A stretch of 64,000 nt of DNA. Origin: Raillietiella orientalis (taxonomy: Eukaryota). Under the pieces are notes generated by a model. The model made no database searches. It saw only the letters and a program-made list of their open reading frames with translations, and had not been told where the DNA came from. The position numbers were made by a program, and so were the translations under genes. Shown here one piece after another: positions 40,601 to 56,400 of this stretch. Each line of letters starts with the position of its first letter. Position 1 is the stretch's first letter. The DNA lies in assembly GCA_036172245.1 (NCBI GenBank), contig JAYWIR010000034.1, forward strand, positions 1,054,001 to 1,118,000, read 5' to 3'.

Positions 40601-41370
40601 CGAAAATGCTATTTTTTGTCCACACTGCCACAAATCTACAATAATTTTAATCGAGAATATTAGTAATTAGTAGTAAACTTCAAAAATAAGTATCCTCGAC
40701 TTCATCAGTGGAACTAGTTTACAAATTCCATGAGCATTCACCCTAATTTTTGATCATTAGCTCAATAAAGTTGAAACAAAAAAATGTCTGTAGCGTTACA
40801 ATAAAATTTATTGCTTGTTACCAAAAGATATGAATAAAAATGAGTTTCCTACAACATGCTTTGCCAAACCGAATTAGCATTAGAAATTCCCAATTGTGTT
40901 TAAAAAATTCAAAATTTTCAGAGTTGCATTACTTAACTCTTTGGTTAGATCAGTACAAAATACAAGTTAAGAACTTAAGTATACTTCAGTGAAAGCAATC
41001 AAACTTAACTTTTTGGAAAAAAAATTCAACCCAAATTAAAGAGCAGTACGTTTTGCTTCTTTCAAACCAGAGCACAAAAAAGCAATGCACTTGTTTCTTC
41101 AAAGACCTTCATCAAACAAGGTCAGTTCAATCTCATAAGCAAAAAATTTCTATTGAAAACCGGAGCATTGAATTTCCAATTGCAGTCAGAACACATTCAC
41201 AATTTTTTATGTTCCTGATGTTTGGAATATTGGAAATTTCGACAAACTTATGTAATGAACAGTCAAAAGAAAATTTTTAAGAGCTCATAGAGATGATTTC
41301 ACAAAATCAGCAATTTTATGATATCCTTCACAAGTTGGTTACATACAAAAAGTAAACTAACTTCTTTAAT

Positions 41371-41392
41371 GTGTGTGTGTGTGTGTGTGTGT
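41371..41392. repeat. (GT)11 microsatellite
   Basis: Directly visible. Confidence 0.95.
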
Positions 41393-44300
41393 TTTTATTC
41401 CCCTTTACACAAAACCTCCTCCTATGAACGATATCTCCATATTGGTGTCAAGAATTTTCGCCATTAAGATGAAACTACAGTCTCAAGTTTGACATTAACA
41501 CCTTAATGTCTGAAGCGGGATATTTGCTGCATACTGCACAACTGATTCCCTGAATCGAGAGAAAAGTCAAAATTTTTTATTCCAAAAGCATATAAAAAGA
41601 TATTCTTATTCACTAAAGAATGAATGTTAGCACTTAAATAATGAAAGTACAAATAATAGCATCTTTTTTAAGTCAATGTACTTTCTGCTTTCCCATGTGA
41701 CTTCGCATTTCTGCAATTAGTTAATGCTGTTAACAAACCTTTTCCTTTGGCAAGGATACTTTTGAGAAACTCCTTTGAATCTTCAAATGAAATTCAAGTG
41801 CTGCATCATTCCAGATTTTGTAATTATAAGTTATATGAGCTCCTAGAATTTGATTTCTACTTTCTTTGTATTCTATTTTTCTTTGTTCTTCATCACGCTT
41901 TTCTCTTCTGTTCTCCTTTCCATTCATGGATTTCAGCTTTAGGTACACACAAGTATACGGATATAATATGCATAATAGGCATGTGTGGATTCTGGATTAC
42001 ATTCCAGTATCTTATTTACACTACAACTTCATCAACTCCTTTCATAATTGCACTGAGTTAATTACTGGTAATGTGATTTGTTTATCTGTGGAAATTAAGT
42101 GAACTGAAAAACTATGGAATTATCATAACACAGAATATCCAAAAATTTCAAGAGAATTTTTTTTCCAAGTACGTTAGTAGGCAGTACCACTCAATTGTAC
42201 ATGTATCAATTTATACTTCTAAAAAATCCTTTGGATGTAGCTACATAGGTCAACCATCATATAAAAATGTTAACACTGTATATCTAGAGCTTCTTATTCC
42301 AGGAAACTACAATTTTAAATTTGCGACGGATTGATTCAGGCCATCTTGGAACCAATCCCATCTGAATTTTTTATAAAAGTTCTTTGGATTTTCTAATGAA
42401 CTTGAAACATTCAAGAGACACCAGGAAGCATCTTTCTTTTGTTAATGGAAAAGTGATTTTATATCAAAACTTTCATTCTTTAAATGCAAAAATTATTTAC
42501 TTACATCCAAAATAAACAAAAATTTATCCGCAAAATGTTCATATACTTGGAAGATAATACATGAATGCATAGAGATCAATCAAGTTTTTTTTATACTTAA
42601 ATTAACACATGAAATGAGACAACACATCCTTTGGATTTTAAATAAAACACAATGTAATAATAGTTTAAAAACATTTTCAGCTGTGTATAAACAGCAAATT
42701 TTAAACAGCCCAAATATTTACCAAAGAGGGAATTGACATATGATAACCAGTATCAACTTTGTATGATGCATGACATTTTTTTACTTACAGTTCAATGAAT
42801 AATAATTTTGCTGTGTGCATTCATGGTGCTTATGTTAACCATAGCACTTACTTTGAAAAATCATTTTAATGATTCAATTTCGAATTTCGATGCAACTTTC
42901 TAACAAATATCAGTGCAACAGTCTAGTGATGAACTTGGAGGAGTACATCCCTAATTTCATTACTCAAATGACACATACCTGAAGGATCTTTCCAAATTTG
43001 GCATACAATGTTTACATCACAGAATATTTATAACTCCCATACGAAATTACCTCTTCTAAATCACAATGTCATGAAACAAAGCTAATTCAATTCAGTCTGA
43101 TGCTTGACTATAGCAAGGTGATTTATGCTTCGTTACTCCTAATTCAAAATCAATTTCCCAAATATTGGCACTGCAAGTGTTTGTATTAATGCAATACTTA
43201 AATGTAATTGTAAAATTTTCATTTCCACTCAAAGTCTTCACCAAATAGAAAGAAACAGTATTCATCCCGATTGTAAATTTTTTCACATCATGTAACTGGA
43301 AGTTTCAGAAATATAACCCCACTGCAAAAATATTTAGAATACTTATTCCTCAAAATATAATGTAAAAGATCTTCTAATTATGTACAACTAATGGTGAATT
43401 CTGTGAGAGAACTTCCAGAAGCAGTTATAAGTCTAAATGGAGTATTAAACACTATTAATAGTTACATACTTTGAATTTTTCCCCTATAATAATTGTACAA
43501 GCACATGATGGGAATGGATGAGATCTGATCAGCATTACCGTTTTTTTCAAAGTTTAAATGCTTTGAAAAAAAATCTATGGAATACAAGCCTTAATTTGCC
43601 AAGAACATTACTGACTGATGCACCAAAAAACTTCTAGCTGTAAACACCAGTTTTCAAAAGTTCTTAATACAAGCAATAACAAATCTCAAACATTAGTACA
43701 TATAGTACTTAAATTAATATGCCTTTTAGAATTTATGTTATTTTCCCTTTGAGAAGAAGAATCAAAAGTTCCGATTATACAATGCTGACAACTGCACTAA
43801 TAATGCATACAAAAATAAAATTCAAAAACATATCTTTAAAATTTTTCCATATTTATAAAAATTTTACAGAACGTACCCACTACCTTCAACAATTTCTTAA
43901 TGAATTAAAGTTTGCTAATAGTTAAAAAATATATCAAAATATCACAAAATGCTGATAATACTGACACAAATGAATCAAAACAAAATCTCAAACAAAACAC
44001 TATATCATAAAGTAATTCTCATAATAAAATTCTTTCAAAGTTATGAAAGTAAATTAGCCAAGTGTATTAACGTAAGAACTGTACGTGAAAGCCTTCATAT
44101 ATCTCAATTTCCTGCCTGAATCAAATAACACAAAGGAAATACAAATATTTGTTTAATTGGAAAATATACTTCTCAATTCTGAGAGAGCTGAACATCCTTA
44201 AATGTGATGCAGTACAAATACAACAATCAATATACATATAACAATTAGATCAATATCAATTTCAACTATGTATATATGTAGGTAAATTATATATATATAG

Positions 44301-47300
44301 TTGAAACAAACAAGTTTTACATGATTTGTTTCTTTGATGGCATAACATGCCTTGGAAACATCCTTTCAGAATGCATACTCATTTTCAATCCACATACATA
44401 TTTATTAGTGACCAGTTCAGAACCAGTTTCATACACATCCTCCCTTTGGAATTTTACATGAAATTCATCATGTAAAAAAGTATTTGATAAGACTACAATT
44501 CATTATACTGTTAAAGTAAAAGGAAACCAAATCGAAAGTACAAAACTATAACAGTTTGAAAGCAACATTTCAAATCCTTGTTGAAATGCTACTCTACTAA
44601 CACTTTTAGATTGTTCACAAAGTGTAACATTTGAGAAAAAATCCTACTTACATTTAGATAATCCCAAATCTGTCAATTTATCACTGAAATACAAAAAAGA
44701 CACATATTCATATACGATGATCAAAAAGGAAACTGAAATTATATCTTTTTGCTCTCACAGAATGCTATAATCATTACAAATGTATTATGCTCAAAAAGAA
44801 ATATGAAAACTTTCAAATTACGAATGAAAAATATCATGAAAATATCTGTAATCCTTTACATAATATTTGGAAGGCAGAATTAATTTATAAGACTAAAATT
44901 TACAAACTGTCATATTTTGGACAGTACAACGGGCAAATGGGAGTGAGGTACGACCTTCTCAATAGAAACACACCGAATTCAAAAAAAAATCTATATAGTA
45001 CATATTTGAAATTCAGTTGTTGCAAAAAAAAAAATGGGTTTACACAGTTTGAAAATTACCATTCTCATGTAATATTATAAATTGGGAAAACTCAAAACAG
45101 AAATACAAAAACTTCAATTACGTTGAAGAAAAAAACCTCTGAGGGAACGGATCAACCGTGAAATTTTTTTTCTGAGAAACGCTGGGAGTATTACTATGGA
45201 TTACTATTTAAAAAAAACCTTTATCCATTCATTTATTTTCATATTTCCAAGCCTGAACGGAGAAAATTTCGAAACACTGCACACAACTCTTACATACACA
45301 ATTTTCAGTTCCCATTTTTACCTTTCATTTTTATACATTTTAATTTCTTCCATTTGCTAACTAAAAAATCTGATATCACCGTTTACTCCAGTAATTCGAT
45401 GAAACATATTTTCAAAAATTTCAATTCTGCTGCTTTACTATAAAAACAAAAGTTTAATTATTGCATTAAACAAAGACAGCCAGCAAACTTCATCTTGGAC
45501 TGAGCGCGCCAATTTACCTTTAAGAATGTTGTGTAAAAATTTGGAAAGTAAATGCTTACACTTCAAAACTGAAAAATTGCGACCACTATTTAACGTAACT
45601 ATGCTTTTATGCATTTACCCAGATACAAATGGAATCCCTTCTATGAAATTTTTTGGATTGAAATTATGGAATTTTCGTCAACAGCAAACTGCATTTAATT
45701 TCGAGAGCTTTTTGATTGTTTTAATCTTGCCTTTCTCCGATTGATTAGAACGCTTGAGAATCAACAAAACAAAAAAAATGAATAATCCTTTCCATGAATA
45801 AATAATGAACAGCGCGTTTGAAGAAGAAATACGGTTATGCAAATTAAATTATTCTTACTTGAACATTCATAACAGCATATTGTTTTGATAAACGCTCATG
45901 TATATCAACAGGATTTAACGACATGCATTTACAAATGCATGAACTCGTGCCTTTGTCTATTAGAAAATCTGGCTATTTCACAAGATATTTAACAATGAAA
46001 AATTGAGATATTTTGGAAATATCGTATGTTAGAGTGACTTTACAATACTGTATAAGTAATCCAAAAGCCCCTCTCACGCAACAGTCATATAATTATGAAG
46101 TGATCATAGACAAATACGGATATTGCAATCCCAAGTAAGGGAAAAAGTTTTCTTTCTGCAAATCCTAAGAGTCTCAGGCTGAATGATTCGTTCAGGAACT
46201 TCTGATAGCTTAATGAATTATCCGTAATGCAGCAATTCCAAAATGTAACCTTTGGTAAGATTAATCTGGAAGCGGAAAGTTCCAAACCTTTTCCTTATGT
46301 AGTGTTTCTCTGAGAGACCTTTACATGCTTTTATACTTCCGTATTCTCTAGAATCACTAATCTCATAAGATACACTAATCTCATAACAATAAATTAGAAA
46401 TTCTATCTGGGAATTATTTTTGTGCAGCTGGAGATATCTCGACTGAAAACTAGCTATTGTTTCCAAGAACTGCGTATATCTATTTAAGCAAATTATAAAT
46501 TGCAACGTAAATACTGAAGTGATAAACGCTAATTCTGGATACTCTGAGAAATCAGCTGCAATACTTCCGCTGCTTTTTAACTATGTACTGGAAAAGAAAA
46601 GGAATTTCATTATTACTTTAAAACTGTTAATGCATATTATAGAAGAAGAATAGAAGAAGGTTCTTTCAATACTGTTTACGACTAACTGTTTAAACATTTA
46701 CTCTTCACTTGATTCACTCCAATCTCGTATTCAAAATTAGATAATTGGCATCTATAAGATATCTATAAGAATTTAGCAGATAACTATATCCTCTAAGTTA
46801 TTATTACAAGCCAACAAAGTACATTTCCATCGCATGATTGAATATACCAAAATGTTCTATCAAATAAAATGGGTTTGGCCGAACTTGCCTGAAATAGGAA
46901 TTTGAGGCATTCCAAGTGTTCTTTAAAGATATCGATCTTAATGCTCGATTTATTTTTATTCAGTATAACGATTGCATGAGCAAACATTACTATCCCACTT
47001 CTGCAGAGCTGCTTTTGTTTTTGCATTCCCCATACAGTGGTAGTTTAAAAAGTGATTTTTGAATATTAAACCCAACATAAAAAGAGTTACTTCAGTATGA
47101 TTAAGGATTTTTATTCACTGATTACGAACTCAATGATAATGAGCTCAGAGATTTGCGAATATTAAGCCAATTTCCAGTTTAAGAATATTAATTTGGTTTA
47201 TAATCGAGACTTCATTTACATATATACATATGCATGATGAATATTTCCATCTATTTGTAATAACACGTAACATCTCTTAATCTGGGAAACACAATCAACT

Positions 47301-50300
47301 ATTAATTATATATAAAAGTTTATTAATTTCTCAGATAACTTGGTCTCCAATATAATTGAACGAGTAAGTATTTCAGAATAAGAACGCAAAACATGAACGC
47401 AAACTGTCATTTCTCGAAATTCAGAGCTCTGAAAGTTCTTGCTAAGTAGAACTTTTGATTTCTAAATTAACAAGGAAGAAATAATGTTATGAAGTATTGG
47501 TATTATAGTTAATTTCCACCCCAGTGCTATTTATATTCCAGTGATTTATCCTTAGAAATAATCATCAATTTTTTTATTCTATGAAAAATAATCAAGAGAT
47601 CTTATATTCAAGTCGTTTATTCTTGGTTCATCATGAAAAATCCTTGTGTGTGACATAGATTTAAACAGGTGAGAAAAAGCAAAGTAAATGATCTTTACAG
47701 CATTTTGGACGGTTTCAGGGAGGAAGAATAAAAAAAAGAGTAAATTTGCAGCAGCAATCTAAAACAAATGTTTGCATTTCCAAATGATGAAATGATCGTG
47801 CTGAATTAATCGGATTCGATCTGAACTTTTGAAAATCTGCTGATTAAGTAAGTGGACATTTCTTTGTAGATAAATTTCAAGTTTTGATTCATGTATTTTT
47901 AAAAACAATCGTTCCTATGTTAGGAAGTTTTCTATTAGATCTTGATTATTGAACACTTTAAAATGCTATTTGCTAATGTCTGCATTTCATCTAATTGACT
48001 TTTGTTTATCGTGTTCAAGTGCGTGTTTCTTTCCAAATAATGGACATAACTGCTCTTCCTTTGAAAATGCTTTTAACGGTTCTGCTGATAATGTTCTCAA
48101 ATGATTTTGTGTTTTGTAACCCCAATTTTTCATGCATTGATTCAGATACTCATATGTGAATGTTATTTTTCAATTCTGTAAATGCACCCACTCTTCTATT
48201 GTCCGGAATTCTTCATTTCGAAAGAGTTAATTAAAAAATAACATTTCAGCTATAAGATTCCATCAATGGCCACCTTTTATCAGCAAAATGCAATCATTGC
48301 TGTACTGAAGACAAATGACTGGAATTTTGTTTAAGATCAGTCGAGCATTTATAGTTTAAAGTAACTTTTCATTTTCTGTTTTGTTTAATATCCATTTACA
48401 TGGAACATTCAGGCTATTCATCTCAAATTACTTGGTTGGAGGCGGTAGCGCTGAGGGAATTATAAAACCATTAGTGAAATTAAAGGAAGTAAAATTTTTT
48501 ACGCATGAATATACAATAAAGCGTATTACTTAATATGTTATTTGACTGTTTGTTTCAGTATGCAGATATGCCGAGTCCGTGAAAACATATAAAAGCTGCC
48601 ATTTCTACGAAAAAAGATGAAATAGTTCTCATTGGAGCGAATTTCTGTTTTCTGTGAAACACTATGCACGCAGCATTTACTACCAACCTTCAACTAAAGT
48701 GCAGCCATTACAATGAGTAATCTCAGCTGTACAAAACGTTCTGTCTCTGGAGCATAATCAACTTAAAAGTTTTCATTTTCATTGTATGTAGACCTCTGAA
48801 GAAAAATCTCGGCACACTCAAGAAGTTTCGCAATATGCATTTCCAAGTGAATTTCCGGAATCAAATGCTTCTGAAAAGCGTGATGCCCAAATTTTGATTT
48901 CTTAAAGATTAGTCCGATCTGTGTCAGCTTGAATGATGTTTTCGTAGTTTTCATTTCAAGTATCATATCGGAATTGCATGCTAAGTTCTGAAGACGTAGT
49001 CTTTGAAAGTTTTGAAATCACTCATTCTTTAGGAGCTTTTCATGACAGGCTGTTTTGTTTTGTTTTTTCTAAATTGTCCATTATTGTTGGCCTCGCTAAA
49101 ATTTGAAAGCATTAATTCAGCTCGTACACTAGAGCTTATGTTTTTACTAAAAATATTTTCCGCATATCTAGATGAGTTAAAGAGTTTGTGATTCAAGTAA
49201 CGCTAAGATAGCATGACATAATTTCTCCATCATTTCGAGCTAATAAAGGCTGTTGAAGGAAAGGCTCTTAAAAATAAACCATTAGTTTTGATGAAGAGAC
49301 TTGTTCATACGTGCATCAGCAGTACGAGATTTTCGCTAGTATTTAGTGACAACGCTTCATGGAGCTGAAGAAAAATAATTTAATTACACGTTAATGACTA
49401 TTTGCAGTCATTGCGTAAATAACCACAAATTCAAGCAATTCCATATCAGTCACAAACTACAAATTTCATGTTAACATAATTTCACTACTAATCAGGTTGC
49501 AGTCTCTAATTAGTTCACGAAATCATTATTGTTGTAGTTACATGTTGTATGTGAACGGTCTTAACTAGACAGTATTCCTTAGGGACAATGCAAGACCGGA
49601 TCTTTCACATGGTGCACTATATGCCAGTATCAAAAAGTTGGGCAACTGAAATCGAAAGTTGCTTCCCGCACGTTTGCTAACAGCTTTGTCACGTGATTTA
49701 ATTAACTTCCGCAACTTTCAAAAGATTTGCTCAAAGTGAGCACCCTGAGCACACGATGATGCATACGATGGGCGTTCGTGCTTTTCCGCGGTCAAAACGC
49801 TTTGGGAACTCTGTTCCACAAATGGGAAAACAAAAACCAATAACGGAAGCCTTCTGTAACTGTTTGTTACTGTCCTTATATAGATCTGGAGATAACAGTA
49901 ACTGCACGATGTGGGAGTTAATTGTTTTTAATTTCATTTCGATTTTTGAACGTTACTGTGCCTGTGCCAGTCATGTTCCTATTTCAAGAATCCAACTTTG
50001 ATGATTCATCTGTACAATTCTCAATTTATCTGCAACATGGGAATGCAGCTATTCATTGATAGAGCTCAGTATTCATACTTCATTGTACATCTAAACTGCG
50101 AAGGTCTTGCTTAAAGTGTAAATGAATTAACTGATAGAAAGAGACAGTCTTCTATAAACCTTTGCAATGATAATCCTAACAGGAAATCTACCAACCTCGG
50201 TTAAATGATGCCAGCTTCACATCGTGAATGTTGCACCTGACTGCAAAACATGACATTACACCAGAAAAACTCCGGATAAACCGAAAATGATCAAAAATAT

Positions 50301-50490
50301 ATTAAAATAAATATAAAATATATTTTATTTTGCTTTTATGGATAATTGTTTACTGGACTATGTTTATTAATTTTCCTCTGAAAGCTCTTTGGAGAATAAA
50401 ATGTGATCGAAAGGAGCACTCAGTTTTAATAAAGTAGTTCCCTGTTCTTCAAATCAAATTCCGCTCAGAAAAGCCATGAGCATACGTCAT

Positions 50491-53400
50491 TCATACCATG
50501 ACCTTCTCTTCTTTTCCACAAAACAGAAATGGAAACTGATCAATCATGGTTTGTACTATTTCTTCCAAGTGTGGTCGGATCCGTTCAAATCCTATCATAT
50601 CATTAAACTCCAGCGGCAATAAAGTAGGCCACCAACAGATAGCTAAATTCTTTGAATCCATGCTATTTTGCTTACAGTTTTCTGTAACTCTAAAAGAAAC
50701 AATAACTTGATCACAAAAACCACTAACTTACTTGACAAAGTGCTGAAATATAAATTTCAAAATGACAAAGTTTGTAATAGGGAGCTTCCTAAGAAGATCT
50801 CGTAGAGCAAACAATCGGTAATTACGATCAGTGAGTTCTAAAACAATGTTACAATACAAGCATGGATACTCCAGTAGGATTACCGGTAAGATTTGTCAAT
50901 TCTTCCATGTATTCTTTAGGAATTAGGGGAGGAATTTTTTTGAAAAAGTCTTTGAGTGCAGTAGTCACTGCATTGACTGGAATGTCTAAATCCCCGATAA
51001 ATACTGACGGATCTACAAACCCTTGGAGATTCTTACGAGTTTATCTCAAGATTACCTTCTTCAAATTTCTGGAACAAAAGGTCTACATGGGCACGATTTC
51101 CGGGAACTCTGTATATTCCTTCTGAATCAAGACCTTCAGATTCAATAAATCTGACGCATTTTTCGAAAAACAGGGGTATTGGATTCAGATCGCTCTGAAC
51201 CAAATCTTCCAAGAGAACTTGTTGTGGCGTTGTTTCTGACAGGCTTTTTATTTTCTGTTTCTTCTTCCTATCTTTTTCTAATCGCTCTTTTTCCTTTTCT
51301 GCCAATTTTTTTTGCTTATCTTCTTCCCTCTTTTTTTGCTTTTCATCTTTTGACTTCTGTTTTGTTCTTTTTTGATGAACCTTGCAATGATTTTCCACAG
51401 TCAACGATCTCACCTATGGAGCCTAAATCAGTATTCATACATTGTGCGTCATGCATTCTTACTCTAAGTTCACCAAGTGGAGGCTGAAGGCAGCTATTAT
51501 TCATCAGCAACCTCTGTGGTCGGTCATCAACTAAGAAATTGTGCAAAACACGTACTACACTATTTGGAGCTTCCTTACAGTTATTACTGTGAACACTTGG
51601 AACAGGAATGTTATCACCCATGTGATGACTGTGTAATGCATGACTCTTGCTAACATCTGTGATATTTTCCTGACTGTTACTTAAGTGACCACCCTTGTTA
51701 ACTTTTGTCCTTGATTCACATTTTAAAATCTGACCCTCCTCTTCGCTTACATTTGATTCATCAGAAGTACAAGCTATGAGGGTGAAATGAGATAAAATTA
51801 ATGTGAAAAACAAGCAACCTTTGCTGGCACGTTCTCCTTCTTTAGGATTTATTTTTGAAAAAGAAATATTGGGCAACTGAGGAATTCTGGGACTGGCAAC
51901 TGGAGTGGCAACTCGCTTTTTACGTAGTCGTCTATTGGATGGCAGCTTGCGATTTAGTTTTCCAGAGACTTGGAGTAAATGTGTTTTTTCTAGGGGCATC
52001 CAGTCACTATCTGAATCTGATGATGCTATGCCTAAAACGTGCACACGGAAAATTCAAAGCTGAACTCATACCTTCCCACTGTTTGTTTGACCTCCGTTGC
52101 CGGGAATTTGAATGGGGCACAAATGACAAATTTGAAGTCACTGGGTAACTGTACTCTTTATTCTGGCATTTTGAAATTGCATCCTTAACCTTTTTGAAAT
52201 TATGACAGCTTATCAATTAAAAATAGAGACCTGAGCATAGTCTGATGACAAGTCCACTACTTCTGGTATTGCTAGAGGTGCATGCTTATTTCTTAGATTT
52301 CTTGGACCCAGGAGATTCAATTTAGCGATTGCATCTGCTACTGCACTGTAATTTTGCAGGTTCAGCTTACCACTCTCCTGTTGATTATAAATAATTCTGT
52401 TTAAATAAGCTACTTTTTACTTTCATCGTCATAAAACTCTTTGGCTTGGGTTTTACTGGAGGAGGTGTTTTTCTACCTGTTGTGAATGCACGGTAATGAC
52501 CATCATCTTGAAGTTTCCAAAAATTATCTTCTGCAAAAGAAATTCAAGCATTGCAATACACTGCAACCATGGACAGTCAATTTTTGAAATATCACATTAG
52601 CAAAGTTTTATGGATACATGCAAGAATGCCAAGTTAAAAAGTGCATGCAAAGATGTGTGTGATGTGTAATACAGCAAGTGCATACGTTCCACAAAAAGTA
52701 AAAACAAACGAAACAACCAACAAAACACATCACAATTAAAGTTTAACCTCCTTGGAACACAGCCTCCAATGAATCACTGCTTCCAGCTGCTTGGAAAAAA
52801 TGTGCTAGCCTTATCTACAATATCAATACAAGCACCTACAATAGATGGCGCCTCTATTGGTATGAGATGATAAAGTGATTGATTTAAACTGATGAGGAGG
52901 TAAATCAGGGGCCGGTTCTGGAGGAGTGGCAGGTTGTGGATAGACATGAAAACCTGTTAAATAGGAATAATCATCACTCATCGTCGTCAGCGAATAGGGA
53001 TTTATTCACCCTTTTCCAATGTTTGTTGTCGAAGACTGCTACTTGAACTTTCAGAATAATAAGTTTCCCTGGACAGGATCTGATGAAATTTAGAAAACTT
53101 TCGGTAGCAATAAGACACAGGTTTCTCATGTGATAATAACTGAGGTGAAGGAATTCCTCCACGTTTCACAGATGTGCCAACATTATAAGGAGTTGAGGAA
53201 AAAGAAAAAGATTGAGGATCACTGGTTAAATTGCTAAAAGAAGAATCGGCTTCCACAGACATAAGCGATGAAGGAAGAGATTCAGTACTCAACAGATGGC
53301 GTAAATCAAATTCTGAAAGGAACAAAATCTAACTAACGCACAGTTAAACAGAGTTCACAAGTTTGGTCATTACACCAGTACCCATCACACCATCATACAT

Positions 53401-56400
53401 ATGCTACACATACAACCCAAACTTCACCTGGATTTGGTTTTTCATCTCCAGTACAAACGGATTTATCCAAATAATCTTCATTGTCAGCAGCTACCAAAGA
53501 GAAATCACTACTATCACTATCGTTATCCATGTATGAAGGAGATAACATATTTATTTCCTCTACAAAATTATTGACAGGAAATCTCTCATAATGAGATGTT
53601 GATTCTCCACTTCTGTAAAACCAACAAAATATTTGCGTTAAAGATATTGTTGACAAACCCATCCATTGAATTGGTCTTCAAGTAAAAGCTGTCATCTTTA
53701 TTTGAAATAGGTACTTGTTTTAAATCAAGCGTGCCTTCACCTGAATCCTCCATATCAAACAATTTGTCAATGTCTTTCTTTTGCTTCCAAACTTCTTCAA
53801 AAAAGAAAACAAAATGACCGGCATCTAGAAGGTACATTAAATGCAATTAAAGTGATGATGAACATTTACTATTATCTATGCTAAGAGGTGAATAAATGGA
53901 AAATCGGGCCTTAAGTTTGTCAGCGATGGCATTGCCTTCAGTAATCAGTGTTCCACTCAAGTCACTACTGAATAACGAACTAGGTCCTTCTGAATCCGAC
54001 ACGGCGACAATTTGCAAAGGGACATTCACAATATTCTTACAAAAAGTACTACGATGCATTAATTATTTTAAACACCAAGGATAACGCTTACTTGAGCACA
54101 GCAAGAGAAGCTCTGCGTTTCACAGAGTAGACTAGAATAAATCCATGCACAAAATTGAAATGAAAAGAACTGGCTGCATGATAAGAAGACAAACAAATTT
54201 CTATGCAGTGTTTACATCCTTCCTTTCCCAGAAACATATCCAATAATAAACTGTTTCTGTCTCTAATCCTACAATTTGGCTGATGAAGCAATGGAGCAAT
54301 CACAGATTCTACTGTAAATGGATCACCACACAGCATACAAATGATGATCCTAATGAGCAAAGTTAGCACTACTTATGAAAACATAAACATTTAACCTCAT
54401 ATCGGGATCACAAAATGGAGTAAAGTGGCTCAGTTTACAATTCCAATTTTGCATTTTTTCAATAAGCATTCTGACAGCAGAACTAAGAAGTTCAGAATCA
54501 AAATGATGACTAGTTAAGGAAGAAACATTGATAAACTCACACTGCAAACTGAAATCCAATAAAAAAGAAAATATTCAGGATGAGCACATAGAAATTATTA
54601 ATCATTTACAGACCTTTCAGACAAGTTCTGTCCTTCATTCTGAAGTCTCAAATAATCTTGCTCTCCAACAGAAGGATCAGCAGCAAACAGTATCACAATA
54701 GGAAAGGATTCAAATGAAGTAGTCTCTTCTAAATGGACTAGCATAATTCTTTCCAGAATGTTTTTGATGTGACTTAAGCTTGCATCAGAACAGTAAGAAC
54801 ACAGATAACCTAATTTCAATAAACATGCCACCAAAATACATCATCAGACCTTGGTAACTTGTACATGAAAATGCAAAAATACTATCAGGCAACGTAGTCT
54901 CATCTATAATGCAATATTTCAAGTAATACCGTACATTATCTATTTCCAACTCATCACTGTCAAGAAGACACTGGTTGTCATTGAGCAACCTGAATTAGAT
55001 TCTGGAAATTTATTTAGATAACTTACTCTAAGTTCTGCCATAAGTTCTTGAGCAAGTCCACAAGTTCCTAGAAGACTTATGTTTAGTTCGTTATTGTTGT
55101 GAATAAGAGATAATGATTGAAAATTACTCTGCCTAAAATGAAGATCATCAAAACAACCCTTCATTTTTTCAGAAAGCTTACTTATTCCCTTCTTCTAAAA
55201 GCAGCTGTTTAATAAGTGAATCCATACAATAGGGATTTGATGGGCAATGTATTGTTGATGGATGAAGAACAAAACCTAAGTACTTCATTACTAATACATC
55301 TCTTTCATTTGGCAGACGATCCAAAGTCTTGTACCTACAAATATTGAAGCTTGATTTCAAACACTTCAAAATCGTCATTTACATGATGAATACTAAAAGT
55401 TCACTAGGTATAACGTTGGTTCAATTACAGTGGTTTTGAAAAGCAAAAATGTGGCTAAGATATTGCCACATTTTTTTACTTAATTATGAAACTGGTTGAA
55501 TATATTACAAAATGATTCATATAAACGTTGTATCACATTAGTGAATATAACATTAACATTTCTACTGAAAAAAAATAAATAGGAACAACTAGAGACAAGA
55601 CATACAGAAATGTTTTTTTTTTTTTTGCAGCAAAGGAGGGGAAACCATAATTAAACAAACAATCATAATCTCTAGAACTTATACTCGTAAACATTTTCAT
55701 GGACCTGAAAGACTGAGGAATACCAATAGCACAATAGGAACAAATATTTCCTTCAGCCAAAAGAATAAGGCAAATAACTTTATACTTTAAAAAAAAAATT
55801 AAAAACACACAAAGAATAAATGAAATTTGAACGAAATAAAAACATGTCACTGATAAAAGCAACAAAAAGTCAATGATGCAAAGTGCAAATAAATAAAAGA
55901 TTTTTAATCGGATCCAAAAAGCATATTATGAACTTCGAATAAAACCGGAACAATTGCAAAGTAATACAGACAGTGATCACCCCTTTGCTTTTTTATAAAA
56001 AAAACGTATTAGGAAATTATCCATTGTCGACACTTAGGAACTACCTGATTAGGAAATTTATCTTTGAATACTGCAATCACTGTAAACAGTGATTTTTCAT
56101 GCCACAAGGAATAATTTGGAATTTTTCAAATTCCTATATTTTATATAATTGGTACGAATTTGTAACAAATTACCTAAGCGAATAGTGAATGATCTTGAAA
56201 TTAAACAGAATAAGTTTGGAACTCAGTATTTTATAGTAGTTCAAACCTCTACTGAGCGACAGCATATTAGTTCGTTATTGTGGGTACAGTAAGTCAATAG
56301 GGCATGTGTTCATCTTTGAAATTCATTTAACGTTTCCGAAGTACAAAATTTTGGCAAATGATGTTCATAATCTTGAAACTTTTAATTTATTTAGTCATTA

